DNA from: Eledone cirrhosa
Taxonomy: Eukaryota
DNA length: 64,000 bases
Reading direction: 5' to 3'
NCBI GenBank assembly: GCA_964016885.1
Contig: OZ024741.1
Span: 91,574,001-91,638,000, forward strand
Shown here: positions 26,631 through 40,325 of the stretch, piece after piece
Position numbering within the stretch: position 1 is the stretch's first letter
Layout: each line of letters begins with the position of its first letter
Program-made: the position numbers and the translations under genes
The notes under the pieces: generated by a model
Told to the model about the DNA's origin: nothing
Database searches by the model: none
The model's input: the letters and a program-made list of their open reading frames with translations, nothing else

Positions 26631-28302
26631 TATATATATAAATCGAGGACAATAGAAGCTGTAGAAGCCATCTCTAAGTTAGAGAGAGAGGGCGGGCAAG
26701 AAAAGCGATAGTATAGAGTGAGGTGAAAACAAATGCATAACAACACACTCGCCCACATATTTTGATGATAATGATGCTGGCGGTGATAACAGTGGTAGCG
26801 ACAACGAATATGATAATTATCCTGATAATTATGGTGGTGAGTGATGACACATTGTTTCAATTCAGAAGTTGTAATTGATACATTGGGTTAACCAAAGTCT
26901 TCACATATTTGTTGCTTGACCACCAAACATGAAAATATCTTTGACTTTGACGGGCTTCCACACAGTTCCCGCCTACTCAATTTCATTCCCAAGTCTTGGG
27001 TGGATCTGAAGCTAGAGAGAAAGCACGCCTGCGCAGGAAACACGCTGTGTTCTCGGACTAGTGAGGTCATGATTGAAAAGTGAATAATTTAACTGCTCAT
27101 TCATGGTTGAGCCTATTTATAAGTACTCAACGTTAGGTGGAAGATGCAAGCGTGGGCGCGCATAGACACTTTGATGATTACAATGGTATGGAAATGGATA
27201 ATTGTAATGACGCTGATAATGATGATGACGATAATGGCAAGGATAACTAACGATGGTGATGGCGGGGAGAATCATAATGACGATGACACAAAGATGACAG
27301 GTATTATTTGTTTCAATTGAAAGATGATGATTTCTACATTGAGTTGATTAACACCCCGAAATGTTAACAAGGAATACTTCGATTCCAGGTGTAGGGAATA
27401 ACATTCGTTGCGGTAACTAGGGCCGAAGCTAACATCAAGTCCAACTACAACGCCATCTAGGCCGCACAACGCAGAGAAATACATAACTAAGCCTTAAATT
27501 ATCATAGTTTTATACAAATCTATGATAAATAACTTAACTATATAAAAATCTACTGAGATCAGTCAATAGATAGATCACTAAGTATCTTTCCCACATACAC
27601 TTTCAAATAATAGGAGTGGGGTGGGTGGAAAAGCGGAGGTGGTTGGAAAACTGGTAATTTTTCTAGGCTGTCTCTTGATGTTTTTTAAAAACCAGAATTA
27701 GTCTTTTAGTTTACATATAGAGAACCCAACCATCATAATTTTTTAAGGAGGTATAGAATTTCTTGTAAAGTTCTTTTTTGTCTAAAAAAAATTGTCACAC
27801 GAATGCTACCACTTCAAATAAAATTTCGCCGAAGATAGATTAGCAAAATTTAATGAGTGGACGGAGAGTGGGGTGATTATTCGAGAGCCGAGATTAGCAG
27901 CGTTGTGGAAATATCAAAAATGGCGGAGTGGACTATATGGTGTTTCAACATGTAAATTGATTTGGTGTGTGTGAGAGAGTATGAATGTACCTGTGTGTGA
28001 GTACGTGTGTAGGTGCGCGTATGTGTATGCGTGCGTATATGTGTGTGTGCCTGCGTGTGTATATGTGTGTATATACGTGTGTGTATATACGTGTGTGTAT
28101 ATATATGTGTGTGTGCGTGTGTGTGTGTCGCATGACAGTGTGACAAAGCTGGCCCTTAAAATTACATGTTCAACTCATTTTTCCTGCTGAATGGACTGGA
28201 AGAAGATGGAATAAAGTTTCCTGATCAAAGACAACATGCTGCTAGAAATGAGAATCACGATCTTTCGATAAGTCGAACAACCTAACAACTAAGTCGTGTG
28301 GC

Positions 28303-28373
<71 letters not shown>

Positions 28374-28389
28374 TTATGTATGTATATGA

Positions 28390-28435
<46 letters not shown>

Positions 28436-30504
28436 TCATATACATATATATATATATATGTATATATGCATTTATGTATGTAAAAGACTATTTTGAGTTT
28501 CTAACTCAATCTATGATACATATATATATATACACATACATATCTATACATACACATACACATATATATGTTACGTACATACTCACAGATAAAGGGAGGG
28601 TGAACGAGAGAGGGGAGAAGAATAGAGGGCGAGAGAGAGTTTTAAATATATTTCTGTTTGCCTTAAGTCATATGACTACTAGTATCATATAACTCCTAAC
28701 TGTCAGAGACATTTGCTACACTATACATTATTTCTATGCATAACTTAATGTTTCTCAGAATTACAAAAATGCATGTGAAGAGCGTTGTCGACGAATCGTT
28801 CACCAGCGCATGTTCTATTTTGTATTTGAACCATTTCATGGCAATATTTTCAAAGAATTTTGGAAATGATCAAGAATTTGTAGGCATTTAGTAATGCAAC
28901 TAGTTTTCTCAGTACTAAGATGGAGTTTCGAACATAATGTTCTTCCATAGCATTACGATGGAAGCTTTTTGATAAATATAAACGCTTTGAAATAAGCAAT
29001 TTCATATTAAAGACCCAAGAACGGTTTCAGGTGCTTTGGTATGAAAGGTTTTTAAAGATCCTGTAAGAATGGACGTTAATGGAAATCCTACAGTCCTGAA
29101 ATCAAAGTGGAGCGGGAGAACTGAAATACTCTAAGACCTTTACTGTAGCTGCCATTTGTTTCTACTACTACTACTACTACTACACACAGAAATATTATAG
29201 ATGCTCCGTCGGCTTCGATGGTGAGTATTTAAAAGTTCGAATAATTGAATATACAGCTCGTTAAATAAACGTACATGTGTAATCGCAACGTAATTCAACG
29301 CAACACAATATGTAAGAAGGAGTGACCTTTGAATTACATGAACACTCCAACCTATAAGCTTCCATACAATTCCCGTCTATCCAATTTAACTCATCTACAT
29401 ATTGGTCCATAACGTCTGGTTGAGTTGTAGAGGTGTAGTCGAAAATACTTGGGTATTTTAAACATGGCGAAGTTCAACCCTGTCCAGGTCTAAACACGAT
29501 AGATATCTTCGAGAAAGAGAGAGAGACAATTGACCCGCCAGGACTTGAAAGGATATAAGGCAAAATGACTTCGGTGGAATTTGAACTCAAAACGCGAGGA
29601 GCCAGAACGAATACAACAAATCATTTTATTCACTTCCCTTGTAAGTATTGATAAAAGCACTGGTACAAATAGAAGGATCGAACCCGAGACATTATGATTG
29701 TATCTATACAAATTTGACATCCGTATACGTGTTGTGTTAGTTCATTGACACAAAAGATAATCAACTATATTTGAATTCATGATGTCAAGTAATGGGACAA
29801 AATACTTTTGAGGTCTTCCTAGTTCAACTACAATAATAGATTATCTAAATCCTCCTCCATCAATTGCAGCCTACGATAGTCCCCTGTGATTAGTCATCTT
29901 AGCCGCCTGACTCTATAAATATTTCGTCAATTCCTCACTATAGAGTGGTACTTTATTTATCGATGCTAAAGCGTGAAAGGCAAAGTTGATCTACCGGGAT
30001 TTTTTCAACTATTGTTTATAGTTACCCAGAATTAGTATAGTTATCTGTATTGGGCTGACTATATTTACACACACACACACGAGAGAGCGAGAGAGGCAAA
30101 GTTAACCTCGGTGGGATTTGAACACAGACCGAAGTTAACTTTGCCTTTCATCTTTATGGGGTCGCAGTAATACACTGCGATAATTGTTGGCCTTGTACGC
30201 AACAACAAAACATCACCAGCATCAATTGTAGCAGCATCAACACATCGTAACTGTCATTCACCTACCAGCTCTCGTTACTTTCTTACCATCGTCAGTTTCA
30301 TATTTATATCTTTTACAGCCGGCACACGACTGGAAAGCAGATGATGGCAGAGGTGGGTATCGCAGAAATGCAGCGTAACCTAGTCAAGACTAAGATAAGC
30401 TCTGACATACCACGGAAACTCGTGGAAATGATAACGGATAAGAATAAAAGAAACCAGCAAAGTTTCCATTAAAAAAACAAATAACATGTATAAATATATA
30501 TATA

Positions 30505-30530
30505 TGTGTATGTGTATGTGTATGTGTGTG

Positions 30531-30610
<80 letters not shown>

Positions 30611-30665
30611 TGTGCGTGCGTGTGCGTGCGTGTGCGTGCGTGTGCGTGTGCGTGTGTGTGTGTGT
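30505..30665. repeat. (GCGT)n/(GT)n microsatellite
   Basis: Direct reading. Confidence 0.95.
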
Positions 30666-31598
30666 AAGTTGTGGAATCTTATACGGATATAATATTTGAT
30701 ATCAATATATTCATGAGAATATAGTGATGACAGGATATATGTGTGAAGTGACTTAACTTATTTCAGTATTAGTTTTCCTAGACGTTCTAGATAATGGTTA
30801 AAAATTCATTATGTATTTATTTAATTATTATTTTATTTTATCTCGGTGGAATTTTATCTGAATCTCAGAAACGTTCAATAACAAAAGAATTAGCATATTG
30901 ATATTTATATAATGTTTCTCTAATATAAAACAGTACTATAGTTTTTATAGTGAAAGCGTGTGGCCTACTGGTTAAAGTGTTGAACTCACAATCACAAGCT
31001 TATGCTTTCGTTTCTTAAACCGGATAGCGAGTTGTGGTTTTAAGCATGTGTTTTCATGATAGGACTGAAAACCCTATCAATAAAAGATCAGAGAAAGTTC
31101 ATATAAGTTAAAAACTCCTAAAAGGCCAGTAAAACCTCCATAGGTGCAAGAATTTCATTTTTTTAATCTAGTTTATCGTTTGAATAATTGGTTAGGATTG
31201 TATAATATTTTTAAATATGTGTTTCGGATTGATTCGAGAAAACCGACACAATGAAAGTTAGAAATTCAAGAATGAAAACTAGAAATAAAAATAGATAAAA
31301 CACCTTTTACCTTCTGTTTTATGATACTCAAGTTTAGGGCCACTAATTCAAATGATAGGAAATGAAATGTCTAACTTGCATTGTATCAGCTTTCCAAAAG
31401 CAATACTTACTATATATATCTAATTGTTTAATTTATATTATTGTTCGTTTTTATTGTAGTTTTCCTAAAATAAAAGTATTTTTCGTTCATCATCGGTAAC
31501 TATATGGTGCAACGTAGAAAAATATCCATATCATGTTAATGATTAGTTTCATATATGTATCTTTTTCTCATTATCATTATTTCTTCAAAAATTTCTTC

Positions 31599-31786
31599 GG
31601 GGCGGTGGATTGGCAGTATCGGTAGAGGGTCGGACGCCATGTTTTGCAACAAAGAGTTACGGCCCTTTATGATCTGAATTCAAATCCCGCCGAGGTTAAC
31701 TTTGCCTTTCATCCGTACGGGGTCGATAAAATAAAGTACCAGTAATACGCTGGGATAATTGCTGGCCTTGTGCCAAAAGTAGAAAC
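31599..31786 (+). mobile_element. SINE family A
   Basis: Full copy; flanking direct repeat ATTATTTCTT.AAAAAT. Confidence 0.9.
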
Positions 31787-32389
31787 AATTATTTCTTAAA
31801 AAATACATGAAGTGTAGACTAACATAGCAGACTTGTTATGGAGTAAATAAAAGAAGGCATGGACAGCAGTAGAAATCAGTTGCCCGCAAGATGTTAATAT
31901 GTTAAAGATTAATGAAAAAGAGAACATCTATGTCGGGCTAATGAGGAACCTGCAGATACACCAATCGTACTATATCTTTAGATTGGTACATTTGTACTTG
32001 TGATTGAGAAACTTGGATATGTTACTAACTGCCTCAGCATAATTTTCGAGAAGCTGGGTTTCATAAAACCAGAAAGAACACGGGTAATTAGGAAATCACA
32101 AATTCAAAAATGGAAATGTTGAAACGTAAAACATGCCAAAGGTTTAGCATATATACATGCATGTGGATATGTGCACATATATAATTCAAAAGATACAGAT
32201 TCACGCACACAATAACATGCAGACATACATAATTACCTAGATGATATTGTCTAAACTCCAAGGAAAGAACCTTGTTTCTAGGTTAAAAACGGGTTCTCTA
32301 TTAATGAGAAATTAAAACAAAATAACACACGCACACATATATAAAGGTGTTTCTAATAGTCGACCAAGAACTCAATATTTCAACGGAAT

Positions 32390-32575
32390 GGGTGGTGAAT
32401 TGGCAGTATCGGTAAAGCATCAGACACCATGATTTGCAGCATAGAGTTATGCTCCTTGACTTTGAGTTCAAATCACGCAGAGGTTAACTTTGCCTTTCAT
32501 CCTTATGGGGTTGATAAAATAAAGCACCAGTAATGCACTGGGGTAAGTGCTGGCCTTGTACCAAAAGTAGAAACG
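32390..32575 (+). mobile_element. SINE family A
   Basis: Full copy, moderately diverged; flanking AATATTTCAA repeat. Confidence 0.88.
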
Positions 32576-32796
32576 AATATTTCAATTGTATAAATATATG
32601 TGAGTGCGTGCGCCTGCTCACGTGTGTATACTTGATTGTGTAGACAAAGATACACGCCAACAGATAGGCATATATTTATCGTATACAGAATAATTAATTC
32701 TGCATAAAACCATTAAAGTTCTATCGTAACACACACACACAAATGTATATAATCATGGCTAGTTTTACATGCATATATGTATGTTAACATGAAATG

Positions 32797-32841
<45 letters not shown>

Positions 32842-33239
32842 TTAGCAAACATTCATATACATTTTATATATCATGTGCAGTTTTCCATGTTTGCGCATGT
32901 GGCATATATGTATATATGTATGTTTGTATCAGTTTGTGTAGATTTATATGTAACTATATTAACTCACAATTATATCGCAATACATATTTCTGTATCTTCG
33001 AAACAATATGTGTATATACAATATGTGTATATACAATATGTGTATATACAATATGCGTATATACTTCCACTTCAACACAATTTTCACTACTGATAAATTG
33101 CTTTATGAAGCCATATCATGATGTCAATCCCCTTCACACTAACATCTTTCTCAATTATTCATTCCTATTACACACATATATCGTTAATTTGATCTCAGAG
33201 TGTAGCCATATTGACGAGGAAAAATAGGACTATTACAAA

Positions 33240-33293
33240 CACACATGTATACATGTATACACATATGCATATATATATATATATATATACATA

Positions 33294-33333
<40 letters not shown>

Positions 33334-33339
33334 TACATA

Positions 33340-33377
<38 letters not shown>

Positions 33378-33383
33378 TACATA

Positions 33384-33425
<42 letters not shown>

Positions 33426-33431
33426 TACATA

Positions 33432-33471
<40 letters not shown>

Positions 33472-33578
33472 TACATATGCATATATATATATACATATAT
33501 ACACATATATACATATGCATATATATATATATATATATACATATGCATATATATATATATATATATATATACATATGC

Positions 33579-33609
<31 letters not shown>

Positions 33610-33658
33610 TACACATATATACATATGCATATATATATATATATACATATGCATATAT
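33240..33658. repeat. Compound (TA)n array with CATATGCA interruptions at the RTE 3' end
   Basis: Direct reading. Confidence 0.95.
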
Positions 33659-33695
33659 CTTGGTTGTCCATCGTAAACGATGATGACATTTTCTT

Positions 33696-36600
33696 TATTT
33701 TAGTTCCAGTCTGCCATGGGCACGAAGGTGGCTGTGGAGGCCTATGTTTGACTTGCTGGGGAAGAGACCGGAGTCGCTTGGGGCAGCTGTTGATGCCTTT
33801 CTCCTCCTTTCACGGGCCTCAGTGACCTCTGCCCGTCTCTTCTCTTCAAAAGAGTCTTTGGCGCGTCTGGTAAGGGCTCGCCACTGAGTCCTCTCCTGAG
33901 CATGAGACTCGAGTTATTTTGCCGCGATTCCAGTGTTTGAACCTCTTGAGAGGCCTGCTCCGCTTTCGTTTCCCCGAACAGAGTTCCCCATACATCAGTT
34001 GCTTCGGAAGCCTGTGACGATCCATCCGGATGACATGTCCCACCCATTGAAGTTGGCTCTTCAGTATCATAGCTTCGACACTGGTTGTCTCAGCCATGTC
34101 AAGAACTTCGAGGTTGGAGACCTTGTCCTGCCATTTGATGTTCATGATTGACCGCAGGCTGCGCATGTGGAACCGTTCCAGCTGCTTCAGGTACCTTCTG
34201 TACAGGGTCCATGTCTCACATCCGTAGAGGAGGCTGGTGAGAACAACGGCCCTGTACACCTTCAGCTTGGTGGACTTCCTGTTGTTGTGCTGGTTAGGGA
34301 CGCGTGTCCTCAGGCGGCCGAGGGCTTGACTGGCCTTGCAGATTCTGGCGTTTATCTCCTTGTCGAGGCTTCCATCGCTGCTGATAACACTGCCAAGTTG
34401 CTTGAAGTCGTCCACGGTCTTTAGCTGGGTGCCTCCGATGGAGAGAGAAGGAGGGTGGGCGACGAAGGCAGGTGCAGGCTGGAACAGGACCTCAGTCTTG
34501 CCAAGGCTAATTGTGAGACCGAAGAGGCAGGAGGCCTCTGCAAACTTGTTGACGATGAGTTGGAGGTCAGACTCCCTGTGGGCCAAGAGGGCACAGTCGT
34601 CACCAAAAAGTACCTCCAGGACGATCCTCTGCACGGTCCTTGTCTTGGCCGTCAGGCGCCGCAGGTTAAACAGGGAGCCGTCCAGTCTGTATCGCAGATA
34701 CACTCCGTGCTCGAGGTCCCTGACGGATATGATTGAGCACGCAGGTGAAGAACAGGTTGAAGAAGACGGGATCCAGCACGCATCCTTTCTTGACGCCATT
34801 GGTGATTCCGAACAGCTCCGATGCCTCTCCGCCCGAGCGCACCTGCCCGGTCATGTCGTCATTGAATTGTCGTATCAGGTTCACAAACTTTGTCGGGCAT
34901 CCACACTTCGACAAGATCGACCAGAGGGCTTCCCTGTTGATAGTGTCGTATGCCTTAGTCAAGTCTATGAAGACGGCAAAGAGGTCCATGTTCTGCTCGA
35001 CACACTTCTCCTGCACCTGGCGTACAGAGAAGATCATGTCGATCCGGCTGAGGTTTGGGCGGAGCCCACACTGGGCCTCAGGCAGGTTGTCCTCCGAGAT
35101 GTTGGCAATGAGGTGGTTGAGCATGACCCGAGCCAGGACCTTCCCAGCGATGGACAGGAGAGAAATGCCCCGATAGTTTCCACAGTCAGTTTTGCTGCTT
35201 TTGTTCTTAAAAAGCGAGACAACTTTGGGTACCTCTACCTCCTCCCATGTGCTGACGAGGAGGGTGTGGAAGACTCCCAGGGCAGCTAGACCGGCCGACT
35301 TGAAGATCATGGCAGGAATCCCGTCCTTTCCAGGGGCCTTTCCTGAGCTGGTCTGGTTGATTGCCTTCGTAACTTATCCAACGTAGAGGGGGGGGGGTCG
35401 AGGCTGCCGCCTATGGGCTTCTGTGGGGCCTGGTCGAGGGCGGCAGGTTTGACAGTAGGGGGCCTGTTGAGCAGGTTGCTGAAGTGCTCTCTCCACCTCG
35501 AATTGAAGCTGCTCTTCTCCTTCGGCAGGATCGAGCAGACAGCAGCGGTGTGGTGACAGGCTTGGGAGGTCCGTAGACGTCCCTGATGGCGCTGAAGAAC
35601 ATCTTGGAGTTCTTTATCTCAGCGTATCTCTCGACTTCTTCAGCCTTCTTTTCCCACCACTTGTCCTGCATTCTGCGCAGCGCTGCTTAGGTCTGCCTCT
35701 GGAGGTGCTTGAAGTGGTCGCGCTTCGAGGTGGAGGAGTTGTCATTCTGTCACTCAATGAAAGCCCTCCCCTTCTCGTCCAGGTGTTGTCTGATGGCTCA
35801 TCGTTTTCATCAAACCAGTGCTGGTGGCCTTTCTTCCTCGGCCCGATGGTTGCCTTGGATGACTGTCGCCAGCGACCTGAACTGGTCCCACTGTTGAGTT
35901 GGGGGTCCGGTCAGAGGTCCATGGGCAGTCATCCGGCCGTCCAGGTCTTCCACGAACGCATCACGATGCTCTGGCTTCTTGAGTCGTGTGACGTCGAAAG
36001 CTGGCCTGCAGACTTTCGGAGTCTTGCGATGCGTCGGGGTGATGTACAGTGACAGGATGGTCCTGACAAGGCGATGGTCGCTCCAACACTCTGCACCACG
36101 CATGGCCCTGGTGAGTCTGACGTCACAGATGTCCCTCCTACGGCATATAGCAAAGTCAATCAGATGCAACTCTTTGATTCTGGGGTGCATCCATGTTGTC
36201 TTGAACTTGTCTGCCTGGCGGAACAGTGTGCTGGTGATGGTGAGGTCGTTCTCGGCGCAGAAACTCAACAGTATGAGGCCGTTAGAGTTCAGCTTCCCTG
36301 TGTCGTGAGGTCCCAGCACGCCTCTCCAGTTGCTGCTGTCAGACCCGACTCCTGCGTTGAAGTCCCCCACTAGGATGAGTTTATCGCTTGGGGGGACGCC
36401 CTTCACGAGTGCGTTGAGTTCCCCGTTGAAAGCGTCCTTTGCTTCATCGCTGCTGGTGAGAGTGGGGGCGTACGCCCTGATGTCTGTGACATGCCGAGAT
36501 GGGTCGAGGGGGAAGCGGAGCTTCATCAGCCGCTCACTCACAGGTGTTGGGAGGTCTGGTAACTACTTGCAGAGTGAAGTCCTGATGGCCAGGCCTACCC

Positions 36601-36850
36601 CGTGGATTCTGTCCTCGTCCTTTGTATTGCCTTTCCAGAAGAAGGTGTACCCTCCTTTCGGTTCTGCTACTGATCTTTCTTCGGCAAGTCTAGTCTCGTT
36701 GAGGGCGGTTATGTCGATCCGGTAGCGAGCTAATTCCCTTGCTATGAGGGTAGTTCTTCTCTCTGGCCTCAAGGAGGTTTCCCTATCCATGAGGGTGCTC
36801 ACATTCCATGCGGCAAGAATCAAGTTCTTCTTTATATTATGTTGCTTTCG
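33696..36850 (-). pseudogene. Disrupted endonuclease/reverse transcriptase ORF of the RTE element
   Basis: Split over ORFs 36563-36823, 35810-36541, 35411-35671, 34666-35310 and 33846-34799 by frameshifts and deletions. Confidence 0.9.
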
Positions 36851-37480
36851 ACCGCTTGCAAGGGTAAAACCGCCAGCCCCGGTAGACTGGCCGGCTTTGT
36901 GGGGGAACGCGCATTTGGTTAGGGCTCCTTTTATCGCCCCACACCTCGTGCGAGGGTGAGCAGTGCTCGCCTAAAGAGGGATGCTCAGTCACCCGGTGGA
37001 ATGCCTGATCTCCTCTGTCATCCCAGGGTCAAGAGGAAAACGACTTGCGCATCCAGGCCGCCCACGTGTGGGTTTGAGACTGGCAACTCCCAGAGGTTAC
37101 CTCCACCTGTTACCTCCGCCTCTCGCCCATCGCTTCAGGGCTTTGGGAGTGCACGCTAGAGAAGAAACCTGTGCGGGAAAGGTTTATAGGAGGGCCAGTG
37201 CACAGTGACGATCCCACTCACTCGGCCGCAGAATCCAGAAACCGGTGGTACGGAGGACCGTCACGACCAGGGACTTCCTTGGCTGCAGTGGATGGCCACG
37301 ACGTCTGTAGTGCCTTGCTGTGCCCTAACGCTCCACACCGCTTGCTGTCGCCGCCTTCGTGACTGTTGGGACAATGTTGTCCTCCTCCACTCACTCCGCC
37401 AGGTCCAGTCTTCGCATGCAGGGGAAGGCATCCCCTATCCAACTCACCAGGAGGGGGAGGGTTTCAGACATATCCGGCTA

Positions 37481-37666
37481 CCCTCAACCTGATTCGGCCC
37501 GCCAGCCAAGGCGGTTTACCAGGGTGTGGCCGCTGTTGCATGCTACAGATTCTTGGGGCCACAGGTGAGAGCTGAGTGTCAGGTGGGACCCAATGCAGGA
37601 CGAGCTGTCCTGAAAAGGGGCATGGCTAGCCCCGCTACAGAGGTACATGCCCCTCCCTGACACCCC
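37481..37666 (-). ncRNA. Putative HDV-like self-cleaving ribozyme at the RTE 5' end
   Basis: Manual fold: P1 GGGGUG/CACCCU (G1-U wobble), P3 GGC/GCC, CC in L3 with GG after P1 (P1.1), P4 CCGCC/GGCGG, J4/2 CGAA, P2 CUCA-CCUG/CAGG-U-UGAG. G1 lies 4 nt inside the element boundary. Confidence 0.75.
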
Positions 37667-37723
37667 AGGCATATACACACGTATATACATACACATCTAC
37701 ATGTGTATATGCATATTTACACA

Positions 37724-37919
37724 TTTTTGGAAGGCCGTTGACTCTTATCAGTTCTTCCACCCTTTGTCAGGTTTTGTTTTTTGTCCTGCACGGTGTCCAA
37801 AATCACCCTCCTCACCAAGTAAACTTGGTGGGGTTGCCAGTTTAGTCGCCGACGACCCGACCATGCGACAGGTTGTACTGGTTTGCATGTTACCAGTAGC
37901 ACTTAGGAGTGACCTGCAT
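37724..37919 (-). mobile_element. 5' fragment of the bipartite RTE family
   Basis: The reverse complement matches 51250-51445 (GTGCTACTGGTAACATG, GGCGACTAAACTGGCAACCCCACCAAG). Confidence 0.8.
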
Positions 37920-39199
37920 ATATATATATATATACATATATATACATATATATAATGAAATATGTATGTACGTATATAAGTATTGTTGTGTATGTATTTA
38001 TATATATTTATATACATACATATTTATTTGGCACCGTGGTCGAGATTTTACCAATCACTCTAACTATATATATATAGAGAGTGAGAGCGAGAGAAATAAA
38101 GAGAGAAAGAGGAAGAGAGAAAGAGAAAGAGGGAATGATGCATATGTATTTGCATATATACACATATATATATGTGAGAGTGTGGGTATGCGGGTGTGGG
38201 TGTGCGGGTGTGCGCCTGTGCGCGTGTGAGTGTGTGCGTGTACGGTGAATAATGACTGGATTGAACGGATCAGTTAGCTTATGAATATATTACTGTATAT
38301 ACAGATTTTAATACAATGAACTAGCAAAGTCGTTAAAACGAGTAGGTTACATTATGGCATTTCTTCTAACTTCCTACTCTCCGGAATAAAAAAAACTCAG
38401 CTGTTGAGGGATGTGCTGTATCAGGCGTCCAGGGCCAATGGATGAATGAACAACAAAATGCACTGATATATCAATACAGGGATTATCTTCCCAAATCCTA
38501 AATTTATATATTTCTCTAATAGTGGGTACATTTCTTAGTTTCTGAATATAATGGGTGAGCGAGAAAAGTGGTTATTGTCTCAGAAACTTTTGTAGCTTTG
38601 TCATAGAGTAAAGGGGAGTGCACATGACCCTTATTATGGTCGAGATTGTTGGGAGGCAGAGAGGTAGCTATCCTATGTTCCTAATACCAGCAACAGAGTG
38701 AAGTCCGTGAGCGTTATACGAGGGTGAAAACCAGTTCAGGTTCCGTGAAACGAAATCACTCAATTGAAAGATTTCCTATATAAATTATAATCTTCCAACA
38801 TAAAAATCTTCTAACTATTTTAGAAATGAAATAATGTGTAATTTTAGTAAATCCTTCAAACTTTTTCATTAATTAATTGAAATAGAGTTTATTGTGGTAT
38901 AAAGTGCGACGGATTATCACTTGTTATTTAGGACCCATCACTACTAAGTCAGATTCATAAAATAGACTTATGGTGACAATCTTGTGATATGTTTTTTCCA
39001 GTTATTGTTTAAGATTTCGTTGTTCAGTGTGTTCTTCCCTTCTTGACTAAAAGATTAACCTTTTTAATACAAACACGCCCATAAACTCTGCTAGTTCTAT
39101 GAACCAAAGAGATCCCTCCTTTTAAAATTGTAATCTTCCAAAATAATTATATATAAGAGACTAAAAGATTCGTCCTCTCAAGGAATATTGGGCAGTGCT

Positions 39200-39685
39200 C
39201 TCTACATGTAAATGGAGTTCCACTAAAGCAGATGGAGAAGTGTAAGTATCCCGGGACCTTGTTCAAGAGTGACGGAAGGCAGGTGGCTGAATTAAGTGCA
39301 AGAATTGCAGGAACTGATGCAGTAATACGCCAGCCTCAGCACTCGGTAATCAGGTGTAAAAGCCAAACTCGCTATCTTCAATTCGGTATCTGTGCCAACC
39401 CTTACCTATGGTCATGAATCTTGGTTAATTACGGGAAGAATACGATTGCGAATACAAGCGGCCGAAATGGGGTTCCTCCGAAGGGTCTTTGGAGTAACTT
39501 ACTCAATAGAGTGCGTTGCTCAGAGATCGGAGAATCTCCGAATTGAGAGATCACAGCTCCGGTATTACGGGCATGTGGTTTGAATGTCCCAGGAAAGAAT
39601 CGCTGGGCAGATCTTACGAGTAAAACCAACCGACAGGAGATCCAGAGGTAGACCCCAAGCAAGATGGCTGGATAACATCCATAAG
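39200..39685 (+). mobile_element. Second fragment of the same RTE family as 17057-17760
   Basis: PTLTYGHESW..RIQAAEMGFLRRV..IERSQLRYYGHV; clear nucleotide similarity to the 17 kb copy. Confidence 0.82.
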
Positions 39686-40325
39686 CTTGGATGGATTGTT
39701 CCTGTGATTCAAAGAGTCAACCACATCACGTAATGTGTCATGTTGAATCACCACAAGAATCATGGTAAAAGAGCATTACTGTAGATGGGTCAGTCGCTTG
39801 CACATTTCATGGCCTGGCTGTTCCGTTGATCAAAGAACTAGAAACTGGTTGTCGAAACCGAAGCGTCCATACTATTCTTTGTCTTCCTTTGCTAAGACAG
39901 TTGGCTCAGACTGTTTGATTTGAGAAAGTTCTGGCTGCTATTTCTGGCAAATTCTCTGAGCACATAGAAGAGGCCTCCTTTGTTGACTCATTTTAATAAC
40001 TATCAATAATGTTGACTGTTACATTCAATGAAAATCGATAGCTATGCCAGTATTCACCAGTACACTTCAGTACCATACAAAATAAACTCCTCCACCATCG
40101 TCACTGCTATCACCGTCACCACTCTACTACCACCACCACTAGTGATGTCATTCAGGTTAGACAGCAGGTACAGTTATAAAGATTCAAACCATATCTCATG
40201 ATAGTTATGTTGTCTCTGTTGTTTTTTTAAATAGTAAATTAGGTCAGCTGATGGTGACAGATGTTTTGGATAGTGTACATGTTTTTAATAATTCGATTTT
40301 CTTAATACTAAGTATTTACTGTTAA

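Larger units (their letters stand above)
33657..37670 (-). mobile_element. Near full-length RTE-clade (BovB-like) LINE, frameshifted
   Basis: APE endonuclease motifs (ILAAWNVSTL, IDITALNETR, LILVGDFNA, TWMHPR, SDH), RT motifs (NYRGISLLS, FIDLTKAYD, GVK.GCVL.P, LFGDD, YGCETW) and a C-terminal [10 protein letters not shown] zinc-finger remnant. It has a 3' stem-loop CATCG-TTTA-CGATG and a structured 5' UTR, and sits in TA-rich microsatellite. Confidence 0.95.

Noticed and set aside
34336-35289. 317 aa plus-strand ORF and other overlapping ORFs
   Set aside because: Antisense shadows of the GC-rich RTE coding region.
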